Shown here in pieces: positions 56,293 through 64,000 of a stretch of DNA of 64,000 nucleotides (within the stretch, counting starts at the first letter, position 1; each line of letters begins with the position of its first letter). The notes under the pieces are model-generated. The model ran no database searches. It saw nothing but the letters and a program-made list of their open reading frames with translations, and was not told where the DNA came from. Location: the NCBI GenBank assembly GCA_900548005.1, contig URIZ01000006.1, positions 7,816 to 71,815 of the forward strand, written 5' to 3'. A program made the position numbers and the translations under genes. Origin of the DNA: an uncultured Eubacteriales bacterium. GTDB taxonomy: Bacteria > Bacillota > Clostridia > Christensenellales > CAG-917.

Positions 56293-56332
56293 CAAAAATA
56301 AATGGCTCGCAAGACAGCGAGCCATTTATTTT
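56293..56332. terminator. Bidirectional terminator between convergent genes
   Basis: AAAATAAATGGCTCGC-AAGACA-GCGAGCCATTTATTTTT. Confidence 0.75.
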
Positions 56333-56336
56333 TATA

Positions 56337-57320
56337 TCAACCATATATTCTCGTTATTTTTAAATATGCCACAGGATCTACACGCGACTTATCACTCCAT
56401 TTTATCATAATTTCAACAGGTTGTCCGCCCCACATATAATATCTTGTTTGAATCGTGGATTGCGAATCTCTTATCTGCAATGCATCATTTGCGTATATGG
56501 AAAACACAAGATTTTCATCATTTGACGAAATTTCAATGACGTAATACGCACTTTCTGTCGGGTTAAACATAAATTTCTTTTGTTGTTTTTCATTTATGTC
56601 GAGTTTTTCATAAGTATCAATTTTTATCTCATTAGTAACGGAATTTTGAGAAACAACACTACCTATTTTGACTCCTATCAACGCGACATAAAATGCTCCG
56701 ACAATTATTGTTAGTGTCAGTATTATTGAAATTGTGCACTTAGACGCATTTCCTATCAATCCAGCATCACAATCATAGTTTTCATCAAACAAGAATGGCG
56801 ACAACTTTATACCACCACAACCATATGTATATGCCAAAATGTCAAAAATGAAGAACAAAATCGCAAGGTATAATGCAATTATTGCCTGCCCCATTTTGAA
56901 AAGAAATACAAATGGATATCCGACAAAATAAACAACTCCGTTGGAAAGTATATTGTTTCCTTCTTTTCTCATGTGTTGCAACAAAAATTCAGCCGGCGCT
57001 GCAATTATTTTACTAAAAAAGCACAACAAATAAATGTTTGCCAGCACCACCAAAGATGCAATCAAAAGTGGACTGAATATTATTCCTGCAACGACCGCCA
57101 ATCCAATGGGTATTCTTTTAAATTGTTTAAAAGCAAAAAACTCTTTAACAACGTCATTTATTGTCTTAAAACAGTCATTCTTCTTGTTTTCATCATTTTT
57201 TTTGTCTGTTTTTTCGACATTTTCGGCATTTTCTTGCGAATTTACGTCTTCTTCAACAACGTTTTCTTCAACTTTGTCTTCTAAGACTTTTTCATTGTTT
57301 TGTTCATCAAAATCATTCAT
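56337..57320 (-). CDS. AT-rich hypothetical membrane protein (acidic N-terminus, ~5 TM, beta-rich C-terminal domain)
   Basis: 327-aa ORF with SD AGGGGAG 8 nt upstream. No motif recognised. Confidence 0.65.
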   Translation of the reverse strand: MNDFDEQNNEKVLEDKVEENVVEEDVNSQENAENVEKTDKKNDENKKNDCFKTINDVVKEFFAFKQFKRIPIGLAVVAGIIFSPLLIASLVVLANIYLLCFFSKIIAAPAEFLLQHMRKEGNNILSNGVVYFVGYPFVFLFKMGQAIIALYLAILFFIFDILAYTYGCGGIKLSPFLFDENYDCDAGLIGNASKCTISIILTLTIIVGAFYVALIGVKIGSVVSQNSVTNEIKIDTYEKLDINEKQQKKFMFNPTESAYYVIEISSNDENLVFSIYANDALQIRDSQSTIQTRYYMWGGQPVEIMIKWSDKSRVDPVAYLKITRIYG

Positions 57321-57355
57321 AATATTTCTCCCCTTTTAAAACCCTATAAGGTTTA

Positions 57356-58063
57356 TTATTTTTTGTTTTTCTTTTTTGCGTCGAAGGCGGCGATTTCTTT
57401 GTTGAAGTCGATCTCGGTGAGCTTGCCTTTGTTGGCAAGATAGCAATGCTTGCCAAGCGCAAAGATGTATCTGTCGTGATCAAGACTGTCGCTAAATACG
57501 TTCTCAACTTCCACATCGGGCAAAATCTCGTTCAATCTGCGCACCTTCTCTTCTTTGCGACACACTTTGCCAAGCAAGTGTCCGTTGTCCTTGCTGTGCG
57601 GACTTGCGATGCAATAGTCGATCTTCATGCGCCTTGCGATCTCTTCGATGAGAAAATCGGGGCTTGCGCTGATAAGCACGGTTTTTCTTGACGGATCGCG
57701 ATTTTCGGGCTTGAAAAAGTCATAAATATCCTTTTCATGCTTGTCCCAATACTTCTTCACCGTCTTCTCGGTGTTGACGAGCTTGACAAAATTGAACGCG
57801 ATTTTCTTGAAGATAGGCACGGGCAAAATCTTTGTGACCATCAAAAAGCCCCAAAAAAGTTGGAACGGCAAAAGAATCAACGTCCACGGACAATGCAACA
57901 TGCTCCAATACCAATAATGGAGCGCGCTGTCGTACGGGATTGCCGTTTTGTCGAAATCATAAATGTCAACCGTGATTTTTTCACCATTTTCCATAGTGTA
58001 TATTGTATCAAACTTTTCAACGCAATACAAGAGCGAAAAATCAAAACTTGAAAAATGCATCAC
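57356..58063 (-). CDS. HAD-superfamily hydrolase (HAD-IB-like)
   Basis: DFDKT motif I (DIYDFDKTAIPY), ISASP motif II and the downstream SDSLDHD. The start is uncertain: GTG 58063 in the track, or ATG 57992-57994 (MENGEKITVDIYDFDKT). Confidence 0.75.
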   Translation of the reverse strand: MMHFSSFDFSLLYCVEKFDTIYTMENGEKITVDIYDFDKTAIPYDSALHYWYWSMLHCPWTLILLPFQLFWGFLMVTKILPVPIFKKIAFNFVKLVNTEKTVKKYWDKHEKDIYDFFKPENRDPSRKTVLISASPDFLIEEIARRMKIDYCIASPHSKDNGHLLGKVCRKEEKVRRLNEILPDVEVENVFSDSLDHDRYIFALGKHCYLANKGKLTEIDFNKEIAAFDAKKKNKK

Positions 58064-58390
58064 CGCCGCAAAATTTGTATCTTAAACCACAAACCCGACA
58101 TAAGTAAACATTGTCGAAACATTCGGGTGTGGGTGTCCCACCCTATCTGTCATGTTGTCAATACAAAGCGGAGCAACTTGCTTGCAAGGGTTGCGTAGCG
58201 TATGTATTCACGTAGCAACGCCTTTGAAAAAGGCGAAACCGCAGGTTTCTATGCGCAAGCATAGCAGTTGCGAGTAGCCTGCCGAAACATCCAGCCGTAA
58301 GGCGCATATCTTGCTTTTTCTTTTCGCTACGCTAGATTCTTCGATTCTCTCAGAATGACAAGGAAAAATTTAGAATTTCACCGCTTAAAA

Positions 58391-58551
58391 ATACCAAGCC
58401 GACAATCTCGCGAAATTGAGGCAGGAGTTTTTGTCCGTGTCTGAACTGTCAAAGATTTTCGGCGCGGTTAGCAGAACAACAAGCCTAATGCGGCTCTCGG
58501 CGTTGCTTGCAAGCAAGCTATGCCGTTGCCGCAATGACGGCTTTTGTTCGG
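58391..58551 (-). repeat. 165-nt repeat module, copy 2 (inverted relative to 50871-51035)
   Basis: Its reverse complement aligns with 50871-51035. Confidence 0.9.
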
Positions 58552-58560
58552 AACAAGAAA

Positions 58561-58621
58561 GGCACGGCTTGAAACAAAACCCAACGTACATTTAGTACGT
58601 GATTTTGGAGCAAGCCGTGCC
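58561..58621. repeat. GTAC-hairpin module H-b
   Basis: 11-bp closing stem GGCACGGCTTG/CAAGCCGTGCC. Apical ACGTAC-ATTTA-GTACGT. It is preceded on the plus strand by GAACAAGAAA. Confidence 0.8.
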
Positions 58622-58682
58622 TGACAAAGTTATTCGCAGTTTGGTGTATAAACGAGCGCGATATTTAGATGAAGAACAAGAA

Positions 58683-58745
58683 AGAGCCACGCTAACGGCA
58701 ACCCTAATGTACACATAGTACATGAGTTGACGGGAGCGTGGCTCT
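58683..58745. repeat. GTAC-hairpin module H-a
   Basis: 11-bp closing stem AGAGCCACGCT/AGCGTGGCTCT. Apical ATGTAC-ACATA-GTACAT. It is preceded on the plus strand by GAACAAGAAA. Confidence 0.8.
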
Positions 58746-58775
58746 GCCGCAGTCATTCGCTAAATAGCGCGCTCG

Positions 58776-60230
58776 TTAGTCGCGCTCGTGAGCAACGTTG
58801 AAATCCTCATAATAATTCAATGGCACGCAATCAAACGTATTGTCTTTCTTCAACTCGATGCGGGTGCAACCGCGTTGAGAGTGCTTTTTGAAGATGCCGG
58901 GATAGGCGAGATAGTCAACGGACATGCCGTAGGTAAGACGGATTGAACGGTCTGCTCCTGCGGGCGTGTAGTTGACGGAGAAGTTGTTGTAGTGGTCGTG
59001 ACCGCAGAACACGCCTTGCATGCCGTGGGTGAGGCCCGTTTCAAACAACTCGTCGGATCTGCTGCCGCAGAAGACGCCGTAGGTGCGAACGCCGTTCTTT
59101 TTCTTGTCGGTCTCGCCCATTTTGCCGTAGATAAACTCGGTCTTGCCGCGCTCTGTTTCAACGGTTTTGCCTTTGGTCATGGTTTCGCCGCTGTCGATGA
59201 CGTTTGCCCAAGCGTTGCGGTACTCTTCAAGCGGAATGTGGAAGAATGCAATGTTGTTGACGGTGTTATTGTTGTTGTGGTCTTTGGACAATCTTTCGAT
59301 CTCGGTTGCGTACCAATCGATTTGGCATTGGTGGATGTTGTCATACTTCCACGCCATTCCGAAATAGTCGCCGTCCGTGTAGCTGTGGCTGTCGAAGGTC
59401 ACAACCGTTTGATTGATAGAGCCGTCGCTGTTCTTGACCACGATCATGTCGTTGCCAAAGCCGCGAGCGTCATTGCCGATGTAGTCCTTCTTGTCGCAGA
59501 AACCGCGGCGGAAAAGGCAATACTTGAAACCTGCATTCTCATAGTAATCGCAGATTTCGTCACGGGAGTAGAGGCTGTAAAGCTCGGTGTCGTGGTTGCC
59601 GAACGCAAACGTCCAATATACGCCGAGAGTTTCCATCATGTTGGAGAAGATCTTGGTTGCGTTGAGATTGTTGAACGTACCCGATTGCACAGGCACGGGG
59701 TATGCAATGTCACCGGTGACAACCACAAGGTCGGGTTGCTCTTGTCTGATCATGGTGGCAACCGCGTTCATAGCCCACGCGTCTTTTTGGTGAGTGAAAC
59801 TGCCGCCGCCGATATGTACGTCGGTGAATTGCAAGATCTTGAATTCTCTGCCGTCTTCCTTGGTGAACGTCCAATATCCGTTGCCGCTTTCCTCGGGCTT
59901 TTGGGGCGCGAGTTGCGTGTGAGCGGTGTATTCGACCTTGCTGTAGGAAGTGGCTTGTTGAATAAGACCTTTTGTGCCGACTGCCGTTGCAATTGCGCAG
60001 CCGCTGAAGAAGATCACGATTGCAAGCACAATGCTGCCCGTGATGATGAGAGCTTTTGCCGTGCGTTTTTTCTTTTGTTCGGGAGTGAGTTGCTTTTTGG
60101 CTTTTTTGCCTTTCTTTTGCGCTTTCTTCTCTTCTTGATCGGAAAGGATGCCTTCTTTTTCGAGCGTTTCGTCCGCAGTGGCGGTTTCGTCTTGCTCGGT
60201 GGCGATTTCGTTTTTGATTTCGTCGCTCAT
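58776..60230 (-). CDS. Membrane-anchored metallophosphoesterase (calcineurin-like)
   Basis: 484-aa ORF with a K/E-rich N-terminus, one TM helix, then FTDVHIG, VTGDIAYP, FGNHD and GHDH motifs. Confidence 0.85.
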   Translation of the reverse strand: MSDEIKNEIATEQDETATADETLEKEGILSDQEEKKAQKKGKKAKKQLTPEQKKKRTAKALIITGSIVLAIVIFFSGCAIATAVGTKGLIQQATSYSKVEYTAHTQLAPQKPEESGNGYWTFTKEDGREFKILQFTDVHIGGGSFTHQKDAWAMNAVATMIRQEQPDLVVVTGDIAYPVPVQSGTFNNLNATKIFSNMMETLGVYWTFAFGNHDTELYSLYSRDEICDYYENAGFKYCLFRRGFCDKKDYIGNDARGFGNDMIVVKNSDGSINQTVVTFDSHSYTDGDYFGMAWKYDNIHQCQIDWYATEIERLSKDHNNNNTVNNIAFFHIPLEEYRNAWANVIDSGETMTKGKTVETERGKTEFIYGKMGETDKKKNGVRTYGVFCGSRSDELFETGLTHGMQGVFCGHDHYNNFSVNYTPAGADRSIRLTYGMSVDYLAYPGIFKKHSQRGCTRIELKKDNTFDCVPLNYYEDFNVAHERD

Positions 60231-60330
60231 AATTTTTCTCCTTGTTTTGCTATATTGTTATAACATATTTTATTGTAACACAAAATATTTCCTTTGTATA
60301 GCGGGATTTGCAGACAAAAAACAATGCTTT

Positions 60331-61236
60331 TCAATCCCTGTTTTCGCTGCCTATGGCGCAAGCGTTCAAATCATTTTCGTTTGCATTGCCGTCTGATTGC
60401 GCATCGTCTTCGATGCGGATAAACGTGACGTCCGCATTGGTTGCCGCCATGACTTTGTCGTGAAGCTCTTTTGACACGTCTTTGCCGTCATAGCGCACAA
60501 AAACGTCGCCCACCTTTGCTCCGAAACCGTAGTCGTGAAGGACAATTTTGTCAATCGTCACGCCCAAATCGTCACAAGCGGCGGATATCGCGTTTTTCTC
60601 GTCTTGCGCGCCGTCCCCGACCACGATTGCCTTGACGTTGTCAACAACCATTTTGATTGCCACGACAACGATAAACACGCTCACCACGATGCCAAAGATT
60701 GCGTCAACGGCATAGTCCACGTTGCTGGATATGGCAAAGGACACCACGCTTGTTGCCGTCACGCCGATGTCGAGAAAGCTGTCGATCATGATTGCCTTGA
60801 TTGCGGTGGACTTGATCTTTTTGTTGGCAAAATAATACATCAATCCCATGCCGATTTTGACGGGGAGCGTGACGCTGATAAGCACGCAGTTTTGCCAGCT
60901 GAACCACACGGGCTCGGGCATCGCCAAACGGTTGATGGAGCGCAAGAAAAACAATCCGCCCACCACGACAGCCACAACGGACACGATAAAGCCCGACAGA
61001 TATTCGCCCCTGCCGTAGCCAAACGGAGCTTTTTCGCTTTTTGGCGCAAGCAGGACAATGAAAAATATGAGCGTGACTATGCACGTGATTATATCAAGAA
61101 AACTGTTGACCGCATCAAGCATAATGCAAAGGCTGTTGGAACTTAGCCCCACGTACATTTTGACGATCGCAAGAATCACGTTGACAATGATGCCGACGCT
61201 CACGAGTATGATTGATTTTTTCACGCGATCTTTCAT
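60331..61236 (-). CDS. Cation diffusion facilitator family transporter
   Basis: 301-aa ORF with six TM helices. SNSLCIMLDAVNSFLDI and the DSFLDIGV motifs are typical of CDF. Confidence 0.85.
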   Translation of the reverse strand: MKDRVKKSIILVSVGIIVNVILAIVKMYVGLSSNSLCIMLDAVNSFLDIITCIVTLIFFIVLLAPKSEKAPFGYGRGEYLSGFIVSVVAVVVGGLFFLRSINRLAMPEPVWFSWQNCVLISVTLPVKIGMGLMYYFANKKIKSTAIKAIMIDSFLDIGVTATSVVSFAISSNVDYAVDAIFGIVVSVFIVVVAIKMVVDNVKAIVVGDGAQDEKNAISAACDDLGVTIDKIVLHDYGFGAKVGDVFVRYDGKDVSKELHDKVMAATNADVTFIRIEDDAQSDGNANENDLNACAIGSENRD

Positions 61237-61541
61237 TCTATTTCACTTCCTTGTCTTCTCGCTTGCTTATTCTTTTTGCCGTGACGAGCTTTCTTTTCAA
61301 GCGGTGTATCCACATGCTCGTTTTCGGCTGTATTTGCACAAATCGCAGGTTTATCGGGTTTTTTGCGCTGATAAACGTATCTTTCAAGCTTTTTCTTGTC
61401 GCCTTGTACTCTTTTTGCAAGCACGATGGAGAGCGTTGCGACAATCACCGCAAACACGCCCACAAGCGCGGATAGGAGCGCAACGACAAAGTCTTGATTG
61501 ACTGCCGCCAATATGAAACTTGAAAAAATCACACTTCTCAT
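61233..61541 (-). CDS. Small membrane protein (102 aa) with a basic C-terminal tail
   Basis: Start moved to ATG 61539-61541, an ATGA overlap with the upstream stop (MRSVIFSSFILAAVNQDFVVALLSALVGVFAVIVATLSIVLA...). Its stop overlaps the CDF gene start. Confidence 0.55.
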   Translation of the reverse strand: MRSVIFSSFILAAVNQDFVVALLSALVGVFAVIVATLSIVLAKRVQGDKKKLERYVYQRKKPDKPAICANTAENEHVDTPLEKKARHGKKNKQARRQGSEIE

Positions 61542-63220
61542 TTCAGCGGTCTCCTTTTCAAAATCAAAGTCAGCGCAAGCGCAACCGCGGCACACGCAAG
61601 CGTTGTTGCAACCGTCAAAAGCGCAATCGTAACCGCCGTCCATTCAAAGCGTTCAACGGGCGGTTCGCCGTAAAAAGCTATCACGTTGGTTGCCGTGTCA
61701 AACTTCAACACGCCGCCCAGCGCCTCGAGATCGAGCAAGGCGTTTTCCCCTTCGACCGCAATCCATTTTGCGCCGCTCGGAGAGTTTGTCCACGCAACAA
61801 AATACGGCTCTTTTGGCTCAACCACGTTGCCATAATTGTCGGTGAGCACCACTTTGTAGGCGGCAATCGCTCTTGCTCCGTCATACGCCTTTACGTCTTC
61901 TGTCGCAACGATTTCCACCTTTGCGGTCTTGAAATTGGCAAAGCCTTCATCGCTGGACACGACAAACTTTCTGCCGTCAGCGGCGGTGATTTCCACTTCC
62001 TTGGGATATACAACGTATCTGCCGCCGTCCACAAAAACGCTGTGTCTGTTGCGGCTGACCACCGTGTAATTGGTGTTGGAACAAGCGGCATAAATTCTGT
62101 ACGAGTTGCTTGCAACGTCCTTGTTGACGTCATCCGAATAGTAAAGCGAGATTCCGAGATCGCTTATTTTATCTCCGTTTGCGAGCTTTGTCGCGTCAAC
62201 GTAAAACTCAACGCTTTCAAGCGGCACAAGGTCTTCGCCGACAAGCGAGAACGCGTCCGAGATGTAGACGTACACTTCTCTCTTTTGTACGGTCACCTGC
62301 ACGGGTATGTCGGTGACGTTGATATAGTTGCCGCTCTTTGACACGTAGTCGAAAAACACGGTGTAGCTTGTATCTCTTGCACTCGGCATAACCGCCGCAA
62401 CGTCGCCGACGCCGACAAAAGCCGCGTCCGTTTGCGCGCCGCTTACCGCAAAATGCCCGCCGTCCGAAATCATTTTTTCATCGGTGACAAGAGCTTTGAG
62501 CCTGCCTGCGATTTGCCCCACGCTTTCGCCGTACACAACGGACAAACCGTCAAAACTCGGCTTGTCAAGCGTTGCCTTTGTCACGGCACAATGCTTTGAC
62601 GGGCTGTATCTTGTCACAATATGCGTCTTGCCGTCAAAGTTGACAGTCTCGGTGACAACGTATCTCACGTCATACTCGCCAACGTCCGCGCCTGCAAACA
62701 GCAATTTGTTTGCGCCTGCCGATTGAGCGTACAAGTCTTTATACTCGCCGTCCGCCGCCTTGTATTGAAGACGAGAAGACGTTTCGTTGACAGCTGCCGC
62801 ATGCTCGCAAGTCACCGTTATGCCGCTCGACACCGAATACCGAGCGGACTCTTTGTCAAGCGTAGGCTCGGCAAGGGGCGGAAGATGAAACTCTATATCG
62901 TAATACTCGTTGAGATTGCTCTCAATATCTTCGCCTATTATACCGCGCGCGACAAGCTCCTTTTTGATCGCCTTGTACAGCACGATCGAATAGGCTTTGT
63001 CGGGGTTTGCGATGTCGATAAAACTGCCGCTTGCGCACGCATAGTCGAGCTTTGCGCCGTCAAGATACAGCTCCCAGCTTTGTCCGTCTTGCGTTTTCAC
63101 GACAAAACGGGGCTTGTCTTGCGCATTTGCAACGGGAGCTTGCACAAAAAGAGCAACGGCAAAAAGCGCGATAAACGCGCACACCAAAACTATGAAAATT
63201 GTCTTGCTTTGTTTTGTCAC
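61538..63220 (-). CDS. Cell-surface protein with N-terminal signal/anchor, MBG-like repeats and a C-terminal TM anchor
   Basis: 560-aa ORF. The signal-like N-terminus is IFIVLVCAFIALFAVALFVQAPVANA. Segments such as VTKATLDKPSFDGLSVVYGES resemble MBG/YGX-type repeats, from memory. The C-terminal anchor is WTAVTIALLTVATTLACAAVALALTLILKRR. Confidence 0.65.
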   Translation of the reverse strand: MTKQSKTIFIVLVCAFIALFAVALFVQAPVANAQDKPRFVVKTQDGQSWELYLDGAKLDYACASGSFIDIANPDKAYSIVLYKAIKKELVARGIIGEDIESNLNEYYDIEFHLPPLAEPTLDKESARYSVSSGITVTCEHAAAVNETSSRLQYKAADGEYKDLYAQSAGANKLLFAGADVGEYDVRYVVTETVNFDGKTHIVTRYSPSKHCAVTKATLDKPSFDGLSVVYGESVGQIAGRLKALVTDEKMISDGGHFAVSGAQTDAAFVGVGDVAAVMPSARDTSYTVFFDYVSKSGNYINVTDIPVQVTVQKREVYVYISDAFSLVGEDLVPLESVEFYVDATKLANGDKISDLGISLYYSDDVNKDVASNSYRIYAACSNTNYTVVSRNRHSVFVDGGRYVVYPKEVEITAADGRKFVVSSDEGFANFKTAKVEIVATEDVKAYDGARAIAAYKVVLTDNYGNVVEPKEPYFVAWTNSPSGAKWIAVEGENALLDLEALGGVLKFDTATNVIAFYGEPPVERFEWTAVTIALLTVATTLACAAVALALTLILKRRPLK

Positions 63221-63526
63221 GATGCTCTCTTTTCTTTTGCTTGTATTTTGTCACAAACGACAAATATTGTGTCTGCCCTATGGCTTGCCTATGCAAATAT
63301 TGTCGTTTTTCGCCCTTTCAAGATATATGATTATATCATCAAAATCGCCTTTTAGCAATACGGGCGCGACATAAAATACATTTTAACTTATAATATATAC
63401 AAACAAAATGTCCGTTTTATTTGAATTAGTTGCGAAATCCGCCGTTTTTAATATTGTTTTAAGACGGCAAAAGTAGTATAATAATAATCAAATTGCAAAG
63501 AAACTCATTCTTTTTAGGAGAACACA

Positions 63527-64000
63527 ATGAGAATACTGCTTGTTGAAGACGAAAAAGAATTGTCAAGAGCTCTTGCTCAAATGCTCATGAAAGACGGCTA
63601 TGACGTCGACTGCGTGTACGACGGCGCGGACGGGCTCAATTTTGCGTCCACCGGGATGTACGACATCGTGCTGCTTGACGTGATGATGCCAAAGCTCAAC
63701 GGCTTTGAAGTGCTTGCCAAACTTCGCGCAAGAAAACTCGAAACCCCCGTCATCATGCTCACCGCTCTCACCGACGAGAGAGACAAGATCGAAGGTCTAG
63801 ATAAAGGCGCGGACGATTATGTGTCCAAACCCTTCTCTTTCAACGAGCTTTCCGCTCGCATCCGCGCGGTGCTCAGAAGAAGGGGCAAACTGCTCTCGGA
63901 CAACAAACTGGAATACCGCAACGCGTCCCTTGATTTGACCACGTTTACCCTCTCCACCGACAAAGCGTCAATCAATCTCACCGGCAAAGAGTTCGAGCTG
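63527..64000 (+). CDS. OmpR-family response regulator, N-terminal 158 codons (runs off the right edge)
   Basis: My translation from ATG 63527 reads MRILLVEDEKELSRALAQMLMKDGYDVDCVYDGADGLNFASTGMYDIVLLDVMMPKLNGFEVL...DDYVSKPFSFNELSARIRAVLRR. This is a receiver domain followed by the start of a winged-helix domain. There is no stop before the window end. Confidence 0.88.
   Translation, partial: MRILLVEDEKELSRALAQMLMKDGYDVDCVYDGADGLNFASTGMYDIVLLDVMMPKLNGFEVLAKLRARKLETPVIMLTALTDERDKIEGLDKGADDYVSKPFSFNELSARIRAVLRRRGKLLSDNKLEYRNASLDLTTFTLSTDKASINLTGKEFEL

Overview
This 64-kb chromosomal window looks like an anaerobic Firmicutes/Clostridia-type genome. That is an inference from gene content and order only: comFC-secA-prfB-tsaD, rpoB-rpoC, rplM-rpsI, rubrerythrin, NrdG activase, BioY/BirA. 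No database search was possible.

The backbone is roughly half G+C (32 G+C in the 60 nt at 21241-21300) and is mostly housekeeping genes.
- Positions 1-8756 hold a complete glucuronide/hexuronate catabolic locus: GPH symporter, GH2 probable beta-glucuronidase, kdgK, eda, SDR reductase, uxuA, uxaC and a divergent AraC regulator.
- Positions 11.3-29 kb carry tsaD, prfB, secA, comFC, recD2, metK, rpoC and rpoB, all on the minus strand.
- The rest is a mix of metabolism, transport and envelope genes.

Four visibly AT-rich islets interrupt the backbone: 8757-10881, 39833-40511, 43018-45622 (23 G+C in the 60 nt at 43021-43080) and 56290-57350.

The features that ordinary annotation does not explain are all non-coding.
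1. A tRNA-Ala gene whose 3'-terminal 23 bp are repeated exactly 310 bp away. The repeats enclose a hairpin-dense ~280-nt element whose ends form an acceptor/T-arm-like helix ending in ACCA. Next to it lies a decayed AT-rich mobile-element remnant.
2. Two paralogous ~340-375-nt structured non-coding elements: 16490-16865 on the minus strand, directly 3' of comFC, and 50381-50715 on the plus strand. Their stems covary and their indels break reading frames.
3. A family of modular hairpin repeats shared, in inverted orientation, by two long intergenic gaps (50.7-51.3 kb and 58.06-58.78 kb). It includes a perfect 50-bp direct repeat.

No CRISPR array, rRNA gene, reverse transcriptase, intact integrase or transposase was seen. 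All functional calls rest on my reading of the supplied translations and on motif memory.
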